Assembly: GCA_043228905.1 (NCBI GenBank)
Contig: JBHGNT010000010.1
Span: 12,710,001-12,774,000, forward strand
Reading direction: 5' to 3'
Source: Azolla caroliniana
Taxonomy: Eukaryota > Plantae > Polypodiophyta
DNA: 64,000 nucleotides
Shown here piece by piece: positions 54,664 to 64,000 of the stretch. Numbering within the stretch: position 1 is the stretch's first letter; each line of letters begins with the position of its first letter. Made by a program: the position numbers and the translations under genes. A model generated the notes under the pieces. The model did not search any database. It was not told the origin of the DNA and saw only the letters and a list, made by a program, of their open reading frames with translations.

Positions 54664-56528
54664 ACGACAATATCATATATTAAATTTCTGACGGATATCA
54701 TGTTTTAACTGTTTGATAACTCGAAAACTCAAGAGCTAAAGTAGGTGTTACAATAATGTACAATTAACAAAATAATCAATATTATGTTTGAAGGATTGAT
54801 GACGAACATAACATTAATTTTTTTCTCCTAACATCAATTTCTAAACTTAATCCCATTATTCGATTAATGATAGAGGTTTTAATTGAAATTGGACAAAACA
54901 TTATGTTGTTCGGGACAACATGAAGTAGTATATTTGGTTGTGGTTATTCGTCAACATTGTTACAGCAAATTAGTACACCAACAATTTTAGTTTGGATAAC
55001 TTGATACAATTTCAAACAATACGCATCGATTGTAGAATAATGGTCAACTATCGATGACTATTGCACCATGTTTCTTTATTAGTAACAAAGCATTAGAATT
55101 GTAAATTAACTAATTCATTTACTAAATGAATTCCCTTATTATTAACTTGCCTTGGATCCTTGCTTTTTACATGGGACGCCCAGGTACAAGTAGATATAGC
55201 ATATATCATGAGTAAATGTGGCATCGATAAAAACCCTTGAAATTATTGAATCATAAAAATGAGAGTGTGGTATAATAATCATCAGTTTCTCATTGATGCT
55301 TGCAAAATATATAAATATTATCTATTACTAATTAATGATTACAATATTAGAAACTGCACAAGATGTGATCCATTGTAGTTTAGTTGGTTAGGATACTCGG
55401 CTCTCACCCGAGAGACCCGAGTTCAACTCCTGGAAATGGCAACGACAATATCATATATTAAATTTTCGACGCAAATCATGTGTTAACTGTTTGATAACTC
55501 AAGAGCTAAAGTAGGTGTTACAATAATGTACAATTAACAAAATAATCAATATTATGTTTGAAGGATTGATGACGAACATAACATTAATTTTTTTCTCCTA
55601 ACATCAATTTCTAAACTTAATCCCATTATTCGATTAATGATAGAGGTTTTAATTGAAATTGGACAAAACATTATGTTGTTCGGGACAACATGAAGTAGTA
55701 TATTTGGTTGTGGTTATTCGTCAACATTGTTACAGCAAATTAGTACACCAACAATTTTAGTTTGGATAACTTGATACAATTTCAAACAATACGCATCGAT
55801 TGTAGAATAATGGTCAACTATCGATGACTATTGCACCATGTTTCTTTATTAGTAACAAAGCATTAGAATTGTAAATTAACTAATTCATTTACTAAATGAA
55901 TTCCCTTATTATTAACTTGCCTTGGATCCTTGCTTTTTACATGGGACGCCCAGGTACAAGTAGATATAGCATATATCATGAGTAAATGTGGCATCGATAA
56001 AAACCCTTGAAATTATTGAATCATAAAAATGAGAGTGTGGTATAATAATCATCAGTTTCTCATTGATGCTTGCAAAATATATAAATATTATCTATTACTA
56101 ATTAATGATTACAATATTAGAAACTGCACAAGATGTGATCCATTGTAGTTTAGTTGGTTAGGATACTCGGCTCTCACCCGAGAGACCCGAGTTCAACTCC
56201 TGGAAATGGCAACGACAATATCATATATTAAATTTTCGACGCAAATCATGTGTTAACTGTTTGATAACTCAAGACCTAAAGTAGGTGTTACAATAATGTC
56301 CAATTAACAAAATAATCAATATTGTTACGATAAATTAGTACACCAATAATTATAGTTTGGATAACTTGATAAAATTTCAAACAATATGTACAGATTGCAA
56401 AATAATGGTCAATGATCGACAAGCATTGCACCTTGTTTCTTTATTTGTAGCAAAGCACTAGAATAGTACATTAACTAATTCATTTACTCAATGTATTCCA
56501 TTGTAATCAAGTTGCCTCGAATCGTTGA

Positions 56529-59470
56529 ATTATTTTTTTCCAAAAAAAAAAACTACTTCTATTAGTTAAGCAATGTACAAAGGATAATTTACAACTCATA
56601 TCTTATAAGACATCTTGCATGTCGAAGGAAAACAATATGTGTAGATGAAACAACAAAAAAAAACAACTTCAAAGCACTACATCATTCGATGTGTGTAGCA
56701 TAACTCGAACGCATATTCTCCACGTGAGCCTCATACAAGCAGAATTCATAATAGATGTCCTCCATTCGCTCCTCAAGGCAGCACCCAGCTAGATGTTAGG
56801 TACACTTGGAGGGAATAGCCACCGCGGTGGTTGATAATTCCACTTCACTTTACCATCCATTATTTGTAGCATCGACAAACCGCTCCATTTCAGCAAGAAA
56901 CGATCTCTCGCTTCTTCCTTGCGTCAGATGGCCCTTGAAGACTTTCAAACTCACCTCGCAACGTAGAAATAAGATTGAACCAGATCATCATTACATTCTC
57001 AGCCGGTGAGGTTCGTTTACCCGCGAAGGTCTCCTTGCACCTAGATACCCACACTTGCCAGACCGTAAGGCCGACCACTAATACCCATATGTCCACGCAA
57101 CGTTCTGTAAGAAGAATAAACCTCCTTGCGCTGGTTGCACAGATCCTTGTATCAGCTTTAAAGAAGGACTGTTTCCATTCCACCGATTCAATGGCCAACC
57201 AAGTGATTGCTGCGCTCGATACATGAACCTCAACCCCGAACCGAGCCAAGATTCTTAAGCTCCTCAACCAAATTTCTTGCCCTCAAGGGCAGCACCACAA
57301 AAAATAAGCGATGTCCTTCAAGCTCGCACTACAGGCCTTGCAACCACTCATGCCGCCTCTATTCCCAAGCCACTCTCCCGTTGGAGCAGCCCGATGGGTG
57401 ATTCACCAGAAAAAAACTTTGATCCGCTCGGGAAGGGATGAGTTCCATATTGTTGAGAGACACGCTCAACATTGGCCGGATCAGCTGAAGAAGCCGAGGA
57501 CCGGATCGGTTGGGACCGATTGGTTAGGCCGAATGCGTAAACCAGTACGCAGACCGGTGCATAGGTAGGGCCGGATTGGTGCGTAAACCGGGAAGCCGTT
57601 AGGAAAGATATTCCGTGAGGAATATATTTGGGAGTTAGTGTAGGAGCTCTTAATGAGCATTGAAGTACTGTCAGTACCTCGGTCAGTCCTTCTAGGACTT
57701 GTATAAAAGTGTTCATTGAACACACATATGTATAGAGTGTGGTGAATAGAGATTGAGTACTTTTGTTGAATATAGTTCTTGTGTTTTCTCTCTCACTCTC
57801 TCTGTCTCTCCCGTATATACTGCGTAAGCTCAAGCTCTCCATTAAACCTGAGTTTTCTTCCTTCTGTTCGGTCTTCATACTTGCTTCCGCATGTTACTTT
57901 TTACACATATCTTGCTCCTAGTTCTATCCACGAAGGCTAAATCGATAGTTGCATGGGACCACTTGTTGGCTCACTTCTCACGATATGAACCTAACTTTCT
58001 CCCCAACCGCGTCGAGGATTGGAAGAAACCTAATGATTTATCTTGTTCTCGCTTCCACGTATATTCAACGGGATCCCATTCTACGCGCTCGAGAGGCTTG
58101 CCTTCAACCACGTACAAGATCCAATCCTCCTCAACCTCTCCGACTGGTGGATTCACCTTCCATTTCTTTCCGGCTCTTGCTACAATTCTAATCGGGTACC
58201 AGCGAGCACTTTCATCTAATAATCCAATATGGACGGTCTTCCCATTCTTTCCTAGACCCCTGACATTGATAATTTTTCTGGTATCATCACATTGTCCGAA
58301 CCATTCACCCTCTTCCTCATTACCAATAGGAAGCGAGGAGACAGTTGTATTGACTACGTCAAGCATCTTTCTGCCATTTCTGACCTTTCCCAAGTCTTCA
58401 TATAGTTGATCAAGATTATTGTCGGACAACCACATCCAATCAGCCACGGAGTGTATCCCTAGACAATACAATGTAGCCCACGTCATGTGCTTGCTTTGTC
58501 CAAGCATCGTTCCTTCTGGCGATTGTACGATCTCGTTCCACAGTAGGGGTTGGAGCATCCATTCAGGACTATTACTTGGACGATTCCGACTTAGATGCCC
58601 ACGGAGCATACTCCACACGCCTGCATCCCTGACATACAAGTACGATCAGCCAACCGGTTAGATTTCCTCAACTTTAAGGCCATACAAAAAGGCCACACTT
58701 TGTGTGACTTCCAATGCCCACCTAGTCTTGGACTCCAGACAATGCTCCTATTATGTATCAATGTTTACCATAACTCGTTACCAGGTAACAAGCTCCTTAC
58801 CAATACCTTGCATAACAATGCTTGACTCTACAATCCAAGGTCAATCAATCTTAAACCCCCCTTACTCTTGGGAATAACCAACATAGACCATGATACTTTG
58901 GCTGCCATGTTGTCTTTTCTCATCCCAGCCCAAAGGAATCCCCTAATACACACTTTAACATTACGAATAGCGTGCTTGTCAAACATCCACACTGAAACTG
59001 CATGCCATAGCGTAGACAAGAGCACATGGTTAGCTACTATGATCCTGCCAGCCAATGATAAGTTCATCCCTGACCAGTTGCGAATTTTGTCACAGATTTT
59101 GCTTTGAATTTGTTGCAATTGAATTCCTTTGTCGATATCTACCCCAATCCACATTCCCAGATACCGAGTGGCTTCCCCGTTTGCAAATCCATTTGAATTC
59201 AGCATTTGGCTTCCAAATAGGCTCAGACTCCAAGCTGATCCAAAAACCCTTCGACTTCTTCCAATTGATGGACACTCTCGATGGCTTGCAAAAGAGCTCA
59301 ATAGCACTCTGTGCCGTCTCAAGATTCGCTTCATTTAATTGGAGGTATAGCATCGTATCGTCCGCGAACTCCGAGTCCACTAGTGACTTCCTTGAATTAG
59401 GGATCAAAAGACCATGAAGATTTGCCCTTTGACTGTTAAAAAGGGCAGACATTGCTTCAGTAATAAAATG
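56529..59470 (-). mobile_element. Duplicate of the 5'-truncated LINE at 14492-17431
   Basis: Same junctions at both ends, same FADDT/RYLG motifs and same nested insertion (57451-57877). Confidence 0.9.
57451..57877. mobile_element. Duplicate of the LTR-like insertion in the LINE
   Basis: Homologous to 15414-15840 at the same site. Confidence 0.5.
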
Positions 59471-61483
59471 AAAACGTGCGGGTACAAGTACAGGCATAGG
59501 AAAAACTAGATACATTATATGTCATGAGTTAATGTGGCATCGATAAAAACGATAGTGTCTTAGAATAATCCTCTATTTCTTGTTGATGCTTGCACAATAT
59601 ATAAATATTGTTTATTAGTAATCAATGATTGCAATATTAAAAAGTGTAGAAAATGTGATCCATTGTAGTCTACTTGGCTAGAATACTCACCTCTCACCAA
59701 AGAGACCCAGGTTTAACTCTCGGGAATAGGAAGGACAATATCATATATAAAATTTTGTGACGCATGTCATGTCTTAACTGTTTGATAACTCAAAAACTCA
59801 AGACGTAAAGTAGTTAGAATAATATACAATTAACAAAATAATCAATCTTATGTTTGAAGGATTGACGACAAACTTTGCTTTGATTTTTTTCTCAAAACAT
59901 CAATTTCTAAACTTAATCCCATCATTCAATTCATAGTATAGGTTTCAAATGAGATTTGACAAAACATTATGTTGTTCGGGACAAGAAGAAGCAATATATT
60001 TAGTCGTGGTTATTCCTCAACATTGTTACGACAAATTAGTACACCAACAATTATAGTTTGGATAACTTGATACAATTTGCAAAAATACGCATTGATTGTC
60101 GAATAATGGTGAATTCCCGATGAGCATTGCACAATGTTTCTTTATTTGAAGTAAAGCACTAAAATATTACATTCACTAATTCATTTACTAAATGAATACC
60201 AATGTAGTCTAGTTGGTTCGGATCCATGTTTTTTACACGAGACTCCCTAGTACAACAACTCGCATGGGAAAAACTAGATACATCATAGATCATGAGGTAA
60301 TATCGCATCGATAAAAACCCTTAAAATTATTAAATCTTAAAAACGAGAGTGTGTTAGAATAATCCTCGGTTTCTTATTGATATTATTTATTACTAATCAA
60401 TGATTGCAAAATTAAAAAGTACACAAGATATGATCCATTGTAGTCTAGTTGGTTAGTATAGTCGGCTTTCACCCGAGAGACCCATGTTCAACTCCCGGCA
60501 ATGGAAACGACAATATCATATATTAAATTTTCGACGCATATCATCTGTTAACTGTTTGATAACTCAAAAACTCAAGACCTAAAGTAGGTGTTCCAATAAT
60601 GTACAATTAACAAAATAATCAATAAATTGAATTTTTAAACTTACTCCCATTATTTGATTAATGGTAGAGGTTTCGCATGAAATTGGACAAAACATTATGT
60701 TGTTCGAGACAACAAAAAGATGTATATTTGGTTGTGCTTGTTCATCAATATTGGTATGACAAATTAGTACATGAACAATTATAGTTTGGATAACTCGAAA
60801 CACTTTCAAACAATATGCATAGATTGCACAATAATGGTCAACTGTCGATGAGGATTGCCAAATGAATTCCATTGTAATCAAGTTGCCTCGAATCGTTGAT
60901 TCTTACTCGAAACGCAATAGAAAAAACTGGATACATTATATATAATGAGTTACTATGGCATCGATAAAAATCTGTGAAATTATTAAATCTTAAAAACGAC
61001 AGTGTGTTAGAACAATCCTCAGTTTTTCATTGATGCTTAAGCAATATATAAATATTATTTATTACCAATCAATGATTGCAATATTAAAAAGTGCACAAGC
61101 TGTAATCCATTGAAGTCTAGTTGGTTAGAATACTCGGTTCTCACCCGAGATACTCGTGCTCAACTCCTTGCAGTAGAAAGGACAATATCATATATATAAT
61201 TTTGCGACGCATTTCATGTGTTAACTGTTTGATAACTAAAAAAATCAAGACATAAAGTAGCTATTACAATAATGTAAAATTAACAAAATAATCAATATTA
61301 TGTTTGAAGGATTGATGACAAACTTTCGTTTGGTTTTTATAGTTTGCATAACTTGATAGAATTTCAAAACATACGCATTGATAGTAGAATAATGTTGAAC
61401 TCTCGATCAACATTGCACCATAGTTTTTTATTTGAAGAAAAGCACTAGAATATTACATTGACCAATTCATTTACTAAATGAAT

Positions 61484-61556
61484 TCTATGGTAGTCTAGTT
61501 GGTTCGGATCCTTGTTTTTTACACGAGACTCCCGGGTACAACAATAGGCATTGGAA
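61484..61556 (+). pseudogene. Example of the second, degenerate tRNA-Glu-derived copy present in most array units
   Basis: Aligns without gaps over 73 nt to the tRNA-Glu. The A box is kept and the B box is lost (GGTACAACAAT). Confidence 0.75.
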
Positions 61557-61738
61557 AAACTAGATACGTCATAGATCATGAGGTAATGTCGCATAGATAA
61601 AAACCTTTGAAATTATTTAATCTTAAAAACGAGAGTGTGAGAGAATAATCCTTAGTTTCTCGTTGATGCTTGCTCAATATATAAATATTATTTATTACTA
61701 ATCTATGATTGCAATATTAAAAAGTACACAAGATAGGA

Positions 61739-61811
61739 TCCATTGTAGTCTAGTTGGTTAGGATACTCGGCTTTCACCCGAGAGACCCAGGTTCAACTCC
61801 CGGCAATGGAA
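61739..61811 (+). tRNA. tRNA-Glu with TTC anticodon on the CTC-type body (one T-stem mismatch)
   Basis: Anticodon arm CTCGG-CTTTCAC-CCGAG; T arm CCAGG/CCCGG. Confidence 0.6.
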
Positions 61812-64000
61812 CTGATTATATCATATATTAAATTTCCGACTCATAGCATGTGTTAACGGTTTGATAACTCAAAAACTCAAGACCCAAAGTAGATGTTACA
61901 ATAATGTACAGTTAACAAAATAATCAATGTTATGTTTGAAGGTTTGATGACGAACTTTCCTTTCATTTTTTTCTCCTAACATCAATTTCTAAACTTAATC
62001 CCAATATTCAATTAATAGTAGATGTTTCAAATGAAATTTGACAAAACATTATGTTGTTCGGGACAAGAATAGGAAATACATTTAGTCGTGCTTATTTCTC
62101 AACATGGTTACGACAAATTAGTACACTGACAATTATAGTTTGGATAACTGGATAGAATTTCCAAAAATACGCATAGATTGTAGAATAATGGTGAACTCTC
62201 GATTAACATTGCACCATATTTCTTTATTTGAAGCAAAGCACATGAATATTACATTAACTAATTCACTTACTAAATGAATTCCATTGTAGTCTAGTTGGTT
62301 CGGATCCTTGTTTTTTACATGAGACTCCCGGCTAGAACATTATGTTGTTCGGGAAAACAAGAAGCGGTAGATTTGGTTATGGTTATTCCTGAACATTGTT
62401 ATAACAAATTACTACACCAACAATTATAGTTTGGATTACTTGATACATAGATTGTAGAATAATGGTCAATTGTCGATGACTATTCGACTGTGTTTCTTGA
62501 TTTGTAACAAAGGACTACAATGGTACATTAACTAATTCATTAACAAAGGACTAGAATGATACATTATAATCAAGTTGCCTCGAATCCATACTTTTTACCA
62601 GGGACGCCCGACTACAAGTAGATATATCATATATCATGAGTTAATGTGGCATCGATAAAAACCCTTGAAATTATCAAATCCTTAAAACGATACTGTGTTA
62701 GAATAAACCTCAGTTTGTCATTGATGCTTGCGCAATATATAAATATTATTTGTTTCTAATCAATGAGTGGAATATAAAAAACCACACAAGATGTGATCCA
62801 TTGTAGTCTAGTTGGTTAGGATACTTAGCTTTCACCCGAGATACCCGGGTTTAACTCCTGGCAATGGAAACGACAATATCATATATAAAATTTCCGACGT
62901 ATATCATGTGTTAATTGTTTGATAACTCAAATAGTCAAGCTCTAAAGTAGTTGTTAGAATAATGTACAATTAACAAAATAATCAATATTATGTTTGAAGG
63001 ATTGATGACGAACCTTGCTTTGATTTGTTTCTCCTAAGATCAATTTCTAAACTTAATCCCATTATTCAATTAATAGTATAGGTTTCAAATGAGATTTGAC
63101 AAAACATTATGTTGTTCGGGACAAGAAGAAGCAGTATATTTAGTCGTGGTTATTCCTCAACATTGTTACGATTAATTAGTATACCAAGAATTATAATTTG
63201 GATAACTTGATACAATTTCTAAAAATACACATAGATTGTCGAATAATGGTGAATTCATGAGCATTGCACCATGTTTCTTTATTTGAACGAAAGCACATGA
63301 ATATTACATTAACTAATTCATTTAGTAAATGAATTCCATTCTACTCTAGTTCGTTTGAATAATTGTTCTTTACACGAGACTCTCGGCTACAACAATAACC
63401 ATTGGAAAAACTAGATACATCATAGATCATGAGGTAATGTCGCATCGATAAAAACCCTTCAAATTATTAAATCTTAAAAATGAGAGTGTGTTAGAATAAT
63501 ACTAAGTCTCTCGTTGATGCTTTCCCAATATATAAATATTACTTATTACTAATCTACGATTGCAATATATCTATACACAAGATAGGATCCATTGAAGTCT
63601 GGTTGGTTAGATTACTCGGCTCTCACCCGAGAGACTTGTGTTCAATTCTCGGCAATGAAAACGACAATATCATATATTAAATTTGTGACGCATATCTTGT
63701 GTTAACTGTTTGATAATTCAAAAACTCAAGACCTAAAAAGTAAAATTAACAAAATAATCAATATTATGTTTGAAGGATTGATGACAAACTTTAGGTTGGT
63801 TTTATAGTTTGGATAACTTGATAGAATTTCCAAACATACGCATAGATTGTAGAGTAATGCTGAACTCTCGATCAACATTGCACCATAGTTCTTTGTTTGA
63901 AGAAAAGCACTAGAATATTAAATTAACTAATTCATTTACTAAATGAATTCTATTGTAGTCTAGTTGGTTCGAATCCTTGTTTTTTACACGAGACTCCCGG

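Larger units (their letters stand above)
42045..64000 (+). repeat. Tandem array of tRNA-Glu-containing units, block 2 (about 25 copies)
   Basis: Same unit as block 1 and largely collinear with it at an offset of about 41.6-42 kb, with rearrangements. Confidence 0.95.

Overview
AT-rich eukaryotic DNA, probably from a land plant and possibly a moss or other non-seed plant. This is inferred from the plant-type tRNA-Glu, TAAACCC motifs, (CT)n tracts and GT-AG introns. About 70% of the window is a tandem array of a ~700-800 bp unit carrying one tRNA-Glu(CTC/TTC) gene or pseudogene plus a second, older degenerate tRNA copy (roughly 60 units by eye). The array has higher-order duplications, including a ~42 kb period. 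It holds decayed 5'-truncated L1-type LINE fragments and a 12.5 kb nested insertion (29545-42044). The outer layer of that insertion is a non-coding, pyrimidine-rich element with ~570-600 bp direct terminal repeats, each containing a type I hammerhead ribozyme and telomere-like repeats. Inside it is a 9.4 kb DNA transposon (36 bp TIRs, 4 bp CTTT TSD). The transposon carries a disrupted Sola/DUF7869-like DDD transposase and, divergently, an intact 6-exon gene (974 aa by manual splicing) for a ParB-like domain fused to a prokaryote-type beta-class N6/N4 DNA methyltransferase. Intron 1 of that gene holds 13 regularly spaced 25 bp palindromes. All calls were made by eye; no database searches were run.
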